From IMG/VR virus record IMGVR_UViG_3300025534_000013, positions 1-48,929 of that record: a DNA stretch of 48,929 nt; one strand, given 5' to 3'. Below, in pieces: positions 34,441 through 43,854 of this stretch (its first letter is position 1; each line of letters starts with the position of its first letter). Both the position numbers and the translations under genes were made by a program. The stretch is from a virus. Lineage: Duplodnaviria; Caudoviricetes. The notes beneath the pieces are model-generated. The model searched no databases. It was not told the origin of the DNA and saw nothing but the letters and a program-made list of their open reading frames with translations.

Positions 34441-34803
34441 ATGAAGACATATACTACAGCACAACTCATTGAGACATTAAAGAATGGTCAAGCCGCAGAA
34501 ATGATTGAACCTGTTCAAGATATTATCGTTAAAAGAACGAGCAACGGTTTGATTATTATGAAGGATGCTCTATCTGAAAAACGTATTGGTCAACCGCTGC
34601 CTTTAACTCCAATAGTTTTACAGGGAGTTTGGCGCAAATGTGCTGAAAAGGTTAGTTTTCAAGGAGCTATCGAAGCTCTTAAAGAAGGAGAAATTGTTTC
34701 CTGCAAACTTGGTCAGGAAATTTGCGCTTATGAAAGCTTAGATGAAATTGTCGCTCTACGCGAAGTCGTTGAAGGCGAATGGTATATAGGTGAATTGGAG
34801 TGA
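34441..34803 (+). CDS. hypothetical protein
   Basis: AGGGGG RBS, 120 aa. Confidence 0.78.
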   Translation: MKTYTTAQLIETLKNGQAAEMIEPVQDIIVKRTSNGLIIMKDALSEKRIGQPLPLTPIVLQGVWRKCAEKVSFQGAIEALKEGEIVSCKLGQEICAYESLDEIVALREVVEGEWYIGELE

Positions 34804-34809
34804 ACTGTA

Positions 34810-35337
34810 TTGGCAAAAGAAATTCACCTGTGGGGCGATGGTAGTTCTGTCAGTTCTGGTGACGAAAAGGGTTTTGGTGGCTATGGATTCATCCTGTTGT
34901 TTGGCGATTTTAACGGCGTAGATATTTCTACAGAATACGGTGACAAAACAAAGATGCTTGTTGGTTGGGATGGCTCCACTAATACGACCAACCAGCGCGA
35001 AGAAATTAAAGCAATTATCAATGGATTGAAGCGCATTAAGCCCAACTCTGCGCATTATCCAATTCAAGTGTTTTCTGATTCCGCTTATCTCGTCAACTGT
35101 ATGAAGCAGCGCTGGTACGATAAATGGCGAACAAACGGATGGAAAAATTCAAAGAAAGAGCCTGTCGAAAATTCCGATCTGTGGGAGGAACTTCTTCAAG
35201 TAATCGAAGATGGATTCCTGAAGATCACATGGAATAAAGTGCGCGGACACTCGAAAATTTTTTATAACGAGGAATGCGATAAGCTTGCGAGACTCGGATT
35301 AGAGAAAGCGAGGGGAAAACAAAATGTCAAAAAATAA
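34810..35337 (+). CDS. rnhA: ribonuclease HI
   Basis: WGDGS, TTNQREEI.A, SDSAY, W..NGWK....PVEN.DLW, VRGH....NE.CD.LA. Confidence 0.94.
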   Translation: MAKEIHLWGDGSSVSSGDEKGFGGYGFILLFGDFNGVDISTEYGDKTKMLVGWDGSTNTTNQREEIKAIINGLKRIKPNSAHYPIQVFSDSAYLVNCMKQRWYDKWRTNGWKNSKKEPVENSDLWEELLQVIEDGFLKITWNKVRGHSKIFYNEECDKLARLGLEKARGKQNVKK

Positions 35338-35545
35338 AAGAATAATTGAAGTTTATGATGAAAACAGTGGATGGAAGGAAAAGAGCTAGGTGGATATTAA
35401 GAAGGGTGATATCGTCCGAATTTTTGAACCCACTGGTAAACGTATTGAAGTCGATGGTCAATTTACGTTTGTAGCAACAAGCGATAGTTATTTTAACAGC
35501 GAACTTGGGGTATATCAATTTGATTTTGATTTCATCAAGCATTAA
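35324..35545 (+). pseudogene. small gene interrupted by an in-frame TAG
   Basis: MSKNKRIIEVYDENSGWKEKS*VDIKKGDIVRIFEPTG...FIKH*; TAG at 35387-35389. Confidence 0.55.
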
Positions 35546-35555
35546 GGAGAGCAAC

Positions 35556-35801
35556 ATGAAAAAAATAACTTGCACAATTATTGACGCATACAACCATGCA
35601 GACAACATGGGGAGAGTAAAACTTTATACTGATAATAATGGCGTAAGACAAATGTTAAGAGAAAATTCATTTTATGTTTGGACAGAAGAATTTGCATCTG
35701 CCACTGACACGGCCGTTCTTGTTTTTGCAAAGGATTTAGCTGTAGACAGCAGGGGATTGCTTTATTGTGTAGATGGCGTAGATGTTCAAATCTTGGAGTA
35801 G
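35556..35801 (+). CDS. hypothetical protein
   Basis: AAGGAG RBS, ATG 35556. Confidence 0.75.
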   Translation: MKKITCTIIDAYNHADNMGRVKLYTDNNGVRQMLRENSFYVWTEEFASATDTAVLVFAKDLAVDSRGLLYCVDGVDVQILE

Positions 35802-35812
35802 GGGTGGATGCT

Positions 35813-36262
35813 ATGCAAACGGATGGGCTTTTGCAGTTTGATGAAAACGGACGACTATACATCAATCATGATTGTGAGGCCTGCAAAAAATTTCCGCTGG
35901 AGAACTTAAATGAGGCGTGTTTAGAGTGCGGCTACTCACGCTCTGAACTCATCCAGCTTGAAGGGCTGGTCAATCGAGCAAATAAAGCTATCGATATGAT
36001 GAGTAATGCTTTAACAGAAGAAGACGGGAAAGAGATCGATGTACGTGAAGTATTCCTGCACGTCAAGGAGATCAGACTTGGCGGAGATAAGCCTGACATG
36101 ATCATCCTACAAGACTTGGATATGACCGATGGTATTCGCGACCTTTCTGATCTTGCAGAACACATGGTTCGGGTTATTATTTATCCGACTAATATGCGAA
36201 TGATCGAAGGTGTTTACGCAGTATTCGACAGCGATGTTGACGTTGATGAAGATGATAACTAA
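35813..36262 (+). CDS. hypothetical protein with CxxC...CxxC motif
   Basis: GGGGTG RBS, ATG 35813; CEAC...CLEC. Confidence 0.75.
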   Translation: MQTDGLLQFDENGRLYINHDCEACKKFPLENLNEACLECGYSRSELIQLEGLVNRANKAIDMMSNALTEEDGKEIDVREVFLHVKEIRLGGDKPDMIILQDLDMTDGIRDLSDLAEHMVRVIIYPTNMRMIEGVYAVFDSDVDVDEDDN

Positions 36263-36297
36263 TTCAAATTAAAGCTGAAACATGGCGGTGAATAAAA

Positions 36298-36546
36298 ATG
36301 AGATTTTCAAACGAAATTAGAGTCAGTGGAGAATTTATTAAAGGAACTATTAAAGAGGCATCTGGCGAACAAGAGGGAAAAAGGTTTAAACTTTCAGACT
36401 TCAATATTTCAGAATTAAGTTTAAGCCCATTTAGATCAGAGTCGGATACACTTCGAGAAATTGCTGACGAGCTTTTGCAATTGGCAGATAAACTTGACGA
36501 ATTGAATGGTGCGAATGTCACCGACGGAGATCGTAAGGGAGACTAA
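36298..36546 (+). CDS. hypothetical protein
   Basis: GGCGGTG RBS, 82 aa. Confidence 0.7.
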   Translation: MRFSNEIRVSGEFIKGTIKEASGEQEGKRFKLSDFNISELSLSPFRSESDTLREIADELLQLADKLDELNGANVTDGDRKGD

Positions 36547-36555
36547 AGTCTCCCT

Positions 36556-36584
36556 TTGACTAAAGCCAAAAAAAGTACTATAAT
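36556..36584 (+). promoter_or_regulatory. sigma-A promoter with GCCAAAAAAAG box in the spacer
   Basis: TTGACT, 17 bp, TATAAT; box at 36565-36575. Confidence 0.8.
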
Positions 36585-36604
36585 AAGATTGAGGTTGCTA
36601 ATTA

Positions 36605-36748
36605 ATGAAAATATTAAAGAATTTTATTCGAAAACTTACGTGTAATCACAATTGGAAGCCATACTCCTGTTACTCCGTTTTAACGGAAAACGGAACTGCA
36701 TATGTCGTTAATCTTTACTGCCCCATTTGTGATAGTTTTTCCAGTTGA
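36605..36748 (+). CDS. small Cys/His protein (47 aa), possibly truncated
   Basis: GAGGT RBS; CNHNW...YCPIC. Confidence 0.55.
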   Translation: MKILKNFIRKLTCNHNWKPYSCYSVLTENGTAYVVNLYCPICDSFSS

Positions 36749-36883
36749 ATTAACATTTATTGATCCCAATGTCCAAAAGCATCACGAAGAATTAGGTGAG
36801 AGAAGATTTGATTTTTGCGAGTTAGAAAAAATTACAACTAAGAAATATTGAAAAAATCAAAATCCTGAAAGACAAAATTCTAA

Positions 36884-36901
36884 ATAAAACGTTTCTTCTA
36901 T
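36884..36901. repeat. 6-6-6 boundary site ATAAAA-CGTTTC-TTCTAT
   Basis: Directly before the RBS of a small gene. Confidence 0.5.
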
Positions 36902-36919
36902 TGGGAGTGATGATTGAAG

Positions 36920-37090
36920 ATGTATAAAATGAAGCCGCTATTATTGAACAATAAGTGGTATGTCGAAGTTGAAACAAAAGAGTTTGGTAAAATTTTATTG
37001 CTCAACAAAAAATCAAACTTACCAATTCCCATAACCTTCGAATCTGAAGAGGAAGCATTTAATTATATAAAAAATAAAGGAAAGAAGTGA
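36920..37090 (+). CDS. small hypothetical protein (56 aa)
   Basis: GGGAGTG RBS; MYKMKPLLLNNKWYVEV...FESEEEAFNYI. Confidence 0.6.
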   Translation: MYKMKPLLLNNKWYVEVETKEFGKILLLNKKSNLPIPITFESEEEAFNYIKNKGKK

Positions 37091-37308
37091 TTGATGTGTC
37101 TCAAGCTGAAAAACAACTGGAGCAAATTCGCGATTACATTCTTAGTCGATACAATCCAGAACATTGCGCATACACCGAAGAAAATTCATCAGGAAATGAA
37201 ACAGATGTGTTTAGCGATGGATACGACTGTGGTGTGTCAGAAACCCTGTATAAAATCGGGAAGATGATTGGGATGGATTTGCCTGAACCCCTCGAACCCG
37301 AGTGGTAA
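37087..37308 (+). CDS. hypothetical protein
   Basis: 73 aa; S.GN..DVF.DG..CG....LY.IG motif. Confidence 0.75.
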   Translation: MIDVSQAEKQLEQIRDYILSRYNPEHCAYTEENSSGNETDVFSDGYDCGVSETLYKIGKMIGMDLPEPLEPEW

Positions 37309-37342
37309 TTTGTAAAATAATCTAAAAAGGTGACGAGAAAAC

Positions 37343-37810
37343 ATGAAAGGGTGCTTAATCTGTAACGCTAAAAATCATAGCTTCTATGTGTCATCCGAAA
37401 ATGTTTACATTTGTCCAAAGCATCGCGAGCTATTAAAAAAGGATAATGAAAGCGAAGCAAACAAATACAAGAAGAATAGATTCATCATCGATGGCAAGGT
37501 TGCTTATATGTCAATTTACGATTACCAATATCGTGAAAAACCATATCGAGCTATCGTTGACCCCGATGACATTCCCATTTTGCAAGAAATCAGATGGTAT
37601 GAAGACAAACATGGCTACATTGTAACTTCCGTTATCAGAAACGGAAAAAATTTAAGGGTTCGTATGGCAGATTTCATTATGTATGCACGTTATGGCATTA
37701 CATCTCCCATCTATCATGTCAATTGCAACCCTTACGATTTAAGAAAGTGTAACATTCGAATCAAAAAAGATCAAAGATGGATGAAGTCATCTATCAGACA
37801 TATTGATTAA
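37343..37810 (+). CDS. degenerate HNH homing-endonuclease-like protein
   Basis: AIVD.DD...L...RW....GY, then YHVNCNPYDLRKCNIR resembling DHIN.N.LDNR..NLR. Confidence 0.65.
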   Translation: MKGCLICNAKNHSFYVSSENVYICPKHRELLKKDNESEANKYKKNRFIIDGKVAYMSIYDYQYREKPYRAIVDPDDIPILQEIRWYEDKHGYIVTSVIRNGKNLRVRMADFIMYARYGITSPIYHVNCNPYDLRKCNIRIKKDQRWMKSSIRHID

Positions 37811-37823
37811 GGAGAATTGCATT

Positions 37824-38186
37824 ATGAAACATTTGCGTACAAGCCAAATTTCACAAGAAGAATATCAAGAGCTTATCAAGCAAAGCGAAATGGATTTAGT
37901 AAAAGAAAAATATGATCGTCCTCCATATATAGGCATTAAGCCGGAGAAGGCTATCGAATTGTCTGTGAAAGCTTCAAAAACTAATATCAAAATCTTAAGC
38001 AAGAAACTTTCTGATATTGACAGTTTTTTGAAGTGGTTCACCAACTCAGATAAATTTTCAACGACGATATATTTGGCGATCTTACGTGATATAAGCAGAA
38101 TAAATAAAAAGCTTAGACAGCATCAAGAAAATCTCAAGGAAGCTTTGGAGGACGCCAAGATATTAGGGATTGAAATTGACGGATAA
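37824..38186 (+). CDS. hypothetical protein
   Basis: AAGGAG RBS, ATG 37824. Confidence 0.7.
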   Translation: MKHLRTSQISQEEYQELIKQSEMDLVKEKYDRPPYIGIKPEKAIELSVKASKTNIKILSKKLSDIDSFLKWFTNSDKFSTTIYLAILRDISRINKKLRQHQENLKEALEDAKILGIEIDG

Positions 38187-38228
38187 GTGCCAAATAAAGT
38201 ATCATACTACAAAGAGGAGGTGAATCAG

Positions 38229-38558
38229 TTGCGCAGGAAGTCCTCTCACACCAATCTGACCGAGGAGCAGCTTGCATTGATTCGAGTTAAACCGGAGGAT
38301 ACAGCCACGAGGCTGGCAAATCTCCCGTACACGATTACTCCGAGGCCAGAAGAAAAGCCGCCACGAGGGAGCCTGTGGTGTCCGTATGAGGCTAAGTGGA
38401 GCAAATTCATCACCAACCATCCCAAGTTTCCCGAGTCTTCTTACCCAAGATGCGAAACATGTGGAATCTCTGTTGAAGATTATTACGTGAAATCAACAAA
38501 TAAACTGTGGGGCGATATTACGGAAAAAAGGGAAAGAAAAAAGAAAGAAAGGAAGTAG
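38229..38558 (+). CDS. hypothetical zinc-ribbon-like protein
   Basis: GAGGAGG RBS before TTG 38229; LWCPY...RCETCGIS..DYYVK..N. Confidence 0.75.
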   Translation: MRRKSSHTNLTEEQLALIRVKPEDTATRLANLPYTITPRPEEKPPRGSLWCPYEAKWSKFITNHPKFPESSYPRCETCGISVEDYYVKSTNKLWGDITEKRERKKKERK

Positions 38559-38564
38559 ATATTA

Positions 38565-39857
38565 TTGTGTAAAGCTTCGCTCTCACATGCCGAGCCAAGA
38601 CAATATGATGGATTCGTAAACCTCCATCTACACACGGCTTACTCTCTCCTTGATGGAATGAGTAAGCCTGAAGATGTTATTGCGAAAGTTGCATCACTGA
38701 AGCAAACCGCTGTAGCTGTGACAGAACACGGAAACGTCTTCTCCGCAGTTAAAGTTCACAAACTCGCGAAAGCGGCCAACATTAAACATATATACGGAGC
38801 GGAGTTCTACGTCACAGAAAACCGTTTCGTTCAAGATAAAACGAAAAAATACTACCATCTTACTGTACTGGCAAAGAACGAACAGGGAAGACTTAATATC
38901 AATAAGCTTGCATCGTTGGGCTACCTTGAAGGCTTTTATTTTAAACCACGTATTGACCACAATCTTCTCAAGGAGCACAGCGAAGGCTTAATTGTTCTTT
39001 CTGGTTGTATGGCCTCTGAAGTTCAGCAAGCGCTCGCCGGAGGTAAGATCGGCGATGGTGACATTGAGATCACAGAGGCAAATAAATTAAAAGCCAAAGA
39101 AATTATCGGATGGTATAGAGAGGTTTTTGGTAACGATTACTATCTTGAGGTTCAGGCCCACAGAGACTATCGTCAACAAAAGCTGAATCGAGCAATTGTT
39201 GATCTGGCCGTTGAGTTGGGCATCGAGTACGTTGCAACAACCGACTCTCATTTTGTTAACGAAGACGATCTCGAACTACACGGTATCTTTATCCAGATTG
39301 GAACAAATCGAGAGGCGGGAGAGACTTATCAGGATACTCATATCATGGGCGCTCACGAAGTCATACAGAAGTTGTGCGGTTCTTTAACTACCGAAGAAGC
39401 TGAATTGGCCGTAAGAAATTCGCTGTTGATTGCCGACAAGTGTAACGTTGAACTTCCGCTTTCCGAGCCGATTATTCCTCACGTCGACATTCCAAAAGGC
39501 TTCCCCGATCAAGTTTCCTATCTAAAGGAGCTTATCAATAAAGGATGGAAGCGCAGAGAGATCAATAAAAAACCTGATAAAGAAAAATACAAAGAACGGC
39601 TTATGTATGAGTTTAACGCAATTACGAAAATGGGGTTTGAAGGATACTTTTTGCTTGTCGAATCCTATGTCAACTCTGTAAAGCGCAGAGGCATTGCACG
39701 TGGTTCGTCTGGTGGTAGCCTCGTTGCATACCTGTTGGGCATTACCGATATCGATCCGATCCCTTACGGCCTGTACTTCGAACGATTCATTGATGTTGGC
39801 GCTCTCGATCTTCTGGAGAAAGGTCAGATCACTCGGAAAGAATTGAAAATCCCGGAT
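38565..39857 (+). CDS. dnaE: DNA polymerase III alpha subunit (DnaE, YorL-like), exon 1
   Basis: PHP domain HLHT.YS.LDG, TEHG, DSH; RGSSGGSLVAYLLGIT.IDP..L.FERF; ends ...KIPD. Confidence 0.92.
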
Positions 39858-41120
39858 AATATTGTTGCCTAAAGTGTGCGATGCATAATGGGCTAGTAAA
39901 CATTGAAAGGAGATGTTTACATGCCTAGCAAAATAATATTAAGCGATGAAGAAAGACAGAAAATATTAAATTTATACAACATTGAGAAGAAAAGTGTTCG
40001 ATCTATATCTAAACTTTTCAATTATTCTTACACTGTAATCTATAGAGTAATTAAGGAAAGTGGTGTTCCTATAAGGGGAAATGGTTTTACTGCAAGGAAA
40101 TATGAGTACGACATTCATTTTTTCGATGTAATTGATACAGAAGAGAAGGCGTACTGGTTAGGATTCATGTATGCTGATGGATATGTGACCATAAGGGGAA
40201 ATACAATGCAAATGTGTTTGACTCTTAGCACAAACGATAAAGGGCATCTCGAAAAATTCAAAAAGTCTTTAAAGAGTAATTTAACTATTCGCGACTATGT
40301 TAGCAACACAACGTTTGCATCAAATACTCGCTACTCTAGGCTCACGGTATCCAATAATCATATATGTGAACAACTTATAAAAAAAGGTTGTACTCGCAAT
40401 AAAACAAATGTAGTAACATTCCCCACTAGCGATGTTGTACCAAATCATTTAGTCCATCATTTTATCAGAGGTTATTTTGATGGAGATGGTTGTCTTACAG
40501 GTAGCAGACATAAGAAGAGAGATGTTTTTGTGTATCAAATAAAAATCATGGGCACAAAAGAATTTCTTGAAGTATTGCATGAAAAGCTACCTGTAAATCG
40601 AACACTGTACTTAAGACAGAGATACGACGACATGAAATCAAATAACTGGTGTTTAGAGATCGGTGGCAAAAAACAGGTTGAATCTATTTTGAACTACATG
40701 TATAAAGATGCCACTATTTACCTAGATAGAAAGATGGATGCATTCAAAAAATTTCAACAACTAGCCTAATATGCATCGTTACGCACTAAGCAACAAATTG
40801 TCGTCCATAATGGAAACATTATGGATTATCAGGTGGTGAACTGCTGGAACGTCCTTAGAGCCTCGCATACCACAACGCAATCCGAAAGGATAATCGTGAA
40901 GGTTCGAAAAATGTGAGGATTGGACAATCAGCAACCAAGCCCCTAAGTGTTATGTATAGAAATAGCATATGGGGAAGGCTCAACGACTATCCCTGCGGAG
41001 GGAGTAGGGCAAAATTTGCTCGAAGTGCCACCCACCCTAACGTAAAGACGAGGGTGAAGATATAGTCTAGCCCCACTCTTAAATGAGTGTTAAAGTATGC
41101 CGAAAGGCAGGGTGTATGCG
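39858..41120 (+). mobile_element. group I intron in dnaE
   Basis: 5' exon ends in U (GAT), intron ends in G; P/Q/R/S-like elements GAACTGCTGGAA, AATCAGCA, CAACGACTAT, GAAGATATAGTC; splicing restores PD-VDTD in frame. Confidence 0.88.
39921..40769 (+). CDS. intron-encoded LAGLIDADG homing endonuclease with N-terminal HTH
   Basis: YWLGFMYADG and HFIRGYFDGDG motifs, C-terminal YLDRK; AAGGAG RBS. Confidence 0.9.
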   Translation: MPSKIILSDEERQKILNLYNIEKKSVRSISKLFNYSYTVIYRVIKESGVPIRGNGFTARKYEYDIHFFDVIDTEEKAYWLGFMYADGYVTIRGNTMQMCLTLSTNDKGHLEKFKKSLKSNLTIRDYVSNTTFASNTRYSRLTVSNNHICEQLIKKGCTRNKTNVVTFPTSDVVPNHLVHHFIRGYFDGDGCLTGSRHKKRDVFVYQIKIMGTKEFLEVLHEKLPVNRTLYLRQRYDDMKSNNWCLEIGGKKQVESILNYMYKDATIYLDRKMDAFKKFQQLA

Positions 41121-43166
41121 GTAGACACTGACATCTCTACACGTGACCGAGAAAAGGTAATCAACTTTATCGTCAAGAAGTACGGCCAAGACAAGTTCGC
41201 AGCAATCGGTCAGTTCGGTTACATTTGGGATAAATCAGCCGTCAAAGACGTTGGCCGTGTTCTCGGCATTCCGTTCTCCGTAACCAACCAGATCACTCAA
41301 CAAATGGGTGACATGACCATCGAGTACATGCGCGAATCTGGAGCGCTGCGGGAATGGTTTGAGAAGTACCCCAAGCTATTTGAATATGCAGAAAAGATCG
41401 CAGGCCTTCCGAAATCTTTTGGCGTCCATCCTTGTGGCCGTGTTGTGTCGATCAACGAAACCACGCACTACACCGCAATTGCATCAAATGACGGTGTAAT
41501 TGTGTATCAGGGCGACATGGATGACGTTGAGGATTTGGGTCTGGTTAAGATTGACGTATTGGGCCTGTCAAGCATCGACGTTATCTATGATACGTTGGAG
41601 ATGATCGGCAAGGATTACGAATATATCAATCCGGCCAAGCTTGATTTTACTGACCAGAACATCCTTAACATGTTCAAGAGCGGAAATACCGAAGGGCTAT
41701 TTCAATTTGAATCAGCAGGCATGAAAGAGACACTTCGACAGGTCAATCCAGACAGCATCATGGATTTGGCCGTATGTAACGCCTTGTTCCGCCCGGCGTC
41801 CATGAAGCATATTGAACATTATGCAAAACGCAAGAGAGGCGAAGAAAAGTACGAGTTCCTTCATCCCGACTTAAAAGAAGTCTTAGCATCAACATACGGC
41901 ATCTTCGTCTTCCAAGAGCAGCTTATTACTCTCGGGAGAATTGCAGGACTTCGTAACCCTGACTCAATCAGAAAAGCGACTGCAAAAAAGAAAATGAAAG
42001 AAATGATTGCCGTCCGAGATGAACTGTTTGAAGGCCTCCGCAAAAGAGGATGGAACCAAGAACAGCTTAATACGTTGTGGGAGATCATGATTGACTTTGC
42101 TTCATATTCATTCAACCTCAGTCACGCTATGGCGTATGCAATTATTGCGTGGATCATGGCAAAGTTAAAATACTATCATCCAGTTGAGTTTATGACAGCT
42201 TTGCTCAACTCCAAGATTGGCAAGACGGAAGAACTGTCGCAATACATTGCCGAATGTAAACGAATGGGCATTAAAGTACATGTCCCGAACATCAATGAAA
42301 GCCAAGGGTATTTCGTCGCTAATAATGGTGAAATCACTTTTGGACTCCTTGCAATTCGAGGCATCGGCGAACCTACAGTCAAGCTGATTGAAGAGGTGAG
42401 AAAGTTTAACTTCGGCAAGCCTATCACTTCCATTAGAGAGTTCAATGAAGTGTATCAAACGATTCCTACTATCGAAACGATGCCAACAGACGCACTTATT
42501 AACCTCATTAAAGCTGGCGCTTTCGGGAAAAACAAGAACGAACTACTGATGGAAGTGGCAGAAGCAACATATAATCCGACAAAATTCACTGAAAAGAAAG
42601 GGGTTCCGTCGAAATCAGACTTCGAAAAGGCTGGCTATAAGATCACAGATGAACAATATAAAGATAAGGCGCTTCGCACCAAGCTGTTTAACGATTTCAA
42701 ATATAAAGCCTATCTTGAGAAAGAAGCTGTCCGTAAGAAAAAACATATGGACGAGTTCGCCAACAAATACATTAAAGACGAAGAAAAATATGAATTTGAA
42801 ACATTGGGCGCTTATCTAACTGTCAGCCCCTTTGATAAATACATTTCTGCCATTAAAGACTTCTATTCCTATGAAGATGGCACAGAAAAGATTCTGGTCG
42901 CTGGAACAATCATTAAGAAGGAAGTCAAAAAATCTTCGCGTGGGGGGCAATACGCCAAGTTCAAAATCCTTACTCCGCATGGTGTTGTTGAAGCAAAAGC
43001 GTACTCAACACAATACAGCGAATACAAACACCTAATTGAAAAGGGTTTATCTATCGTAATGCTCGCCAAGCGGAGCAAAGACGAAGCTATTGTGTCTAAA
43101 ATGAAAACATTTGAAGAATGGGTAGAAACCATTGAGCAAAAGAAGCGAGCAAAAGAAAAGGCATAA
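41121..43166 (+). CDS. dnaE: DNA polymerase III alpha subunit, exon 2
   Basis: VDTD, GVHPCG, GLVKIDVLGL, GLFQFES, FRP, VFQEQ, YSFNLSHA, GL.AI.GIG, C-terminal OB fold. Confidence 0.92.
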   Translation, partial: VDTDISTRDREKVINFIVKKYGQDKFAAIGQFGYIWDKSAVKDVGRVLGIPFSVTNQITQQMGDMTIEYMRESGALREWFEKYPKLFEYAEKIAGLPKSFGVHPCGRVVSINETTHYTAIASNDGVIVYQGDMDDVEDLGLVKIDVLGLSSIDVIYDTLEMIGKDYEYINPAKLDFTDQNILNMFKSGNTEGLFQFESAGMKETLRQVNPDSIMDLAVCNALFRPASMKHIEHYAKRKRGEEKYEFLHPDLKEVLASTYGIFVFQEQLITLGRIAGLRNPDSIRKATAKKKMKEMIAVRDELFEGLRKRGWNQEQLNTLWEIMIDFASYSFNLSHAMAYAIIAWIMAKLKYYHPVEFMTALLNSKIGKTEELSQYIAECKRMGIKVHVPNINESQGYFVANNGEITFGLLAIRGIGEPTVKLIEEVRKFNFGKPITSIREFNEVYQTIPTIETMPTDALINLIKAGAFGKNKNELLMEVAEATYNPTKFTEKKGVPSKSDFEKAGYKITDEQYKDKALRTKLFNDFKYKAYLEKEAVRKKKHMDEFANKYIKDEEKYEFETLGAYLTVSPFDKYISAIKDFYSYEDGTEKILVAGTIIKKEVKKSSRGGQYAKFKILTPHGVVEAKAYSTQYSEYKHLIEKGLSIVMLAKRSKDEAIVSKMKTFEEWVETIEQKKRAKEKA

Positions 43167-43234
43167 TAAATAACCATCCTGTATTTTGGCTCTTACACTC
43201 CTACAAATGATGCCAAATATAGGAGTGGTTCGAA

Positions 43235-43816
43235 ATGAAGCTTAAATTACTTTTGCCTATGGCTGTGTCCATCAATAAGCTCTATATCAATGAGTACCAG
43301 TACGACCGTAAAACAAAGCAACGTGTTCCCACTGGCCGCAGAATCCTCTCTAAAGAGGGGAGAAAGATTAAGGCTATGATTCAAGGTCAGGCAAGAGTCC
43401 AAATGCTTGAACAGCCAGAATGGGATTATGAATACACAAAAGACAACTTTATTTATCAAGACGCCGTTTTCTATTTTGCTCGACGCGGCACAGATGACAA
43501 CAACCAATACAAAATCCTTAATGATAGTCTCGAAGGAATAGTGTATGACAACGATTCTAGGGTTCTAGTTAGAACGCAGCGCATTGTTTACGATCCATCG
43601 AACCCAAGGATCGAATTGACTCTCACGCCCGTCGAGTTTGTCGGGATTTTCGAAAACAAAGACATTCTCAATAAGTTCGCATCAAGGTGCGAAGGATGTT
43701 CTAAATATCGTAATGGTTCTTGCTCCATTCTGAAGGACTCTATTGCCGGAACTGTTAGGGGAGAGATCGGGAGCATCCATAACCCCGTCTGTACAGCATT
43801 TAAACCTAAAAAATAA
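43235..43816 (+). CDS. rusA: RusA-family Holliday junction resolvase with C-terminal Cys cluster
   Basis: P..S.N..Y, DDNNQYKILNDSL.GIVY.NDS, PRIE. Confidence 0.82.
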   Translation: MKLKLLLPMAVSINKLYINEYQYDRKTKQRVPTGRRILSKEGRKIKAMIQGQARVQMLEQPEWDYEYTKDNFIYQDAVFYFARRGTDDNNQYKILNDSLEGIVYDNDSRVLVRTQRIVYDPSNPRIELTLTPVEFVGIFENKDILNKFASRCEGCSKYRNGSCSILKDSIAGTVRGEIGSIHNPVCTAFKPKK

Positions 43817-43824
43817 TCATCTTG

Positions 43825-43852
43825 CGACTACCATGTGGTAGTCGCTTCTTAT
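43825..43852 (+). terminator. terminator hairpin
   Basis: GCGACTACCA/TGGTAGTCGC followed by TTCTT. Confidence 0.7.
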
Positions 43853-43854
43853 AT

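Noticed and set aside
35387-35389. Genome-wide TAG recoding
   Set aside because: TAG serves as a normal stop at 5108, 12543, 13158 and 44973; conserved genes contain no in-frame TAG; no suppressor tRNA seen
36292-36309. Possible extra 6-6-6 site ATAAAA-ATGAGA-TTTTCA
   Set aside because: Right arm deviates from the consensus and overlaps a start codon in AT-rich sequence; may be chance
39858-41120. Intein or naturally split DnaE
   Set aside because: No Cys/His-Asn intein ends; an in-frame stop follows exon 1; group I core elements and U/G boundaries fit an intron
41097-41120. ATG 41097 as start of an independent 689-aa gene
   Set aside because: These eight codons are the intron 3' end; DnaE similarity begins at 41121
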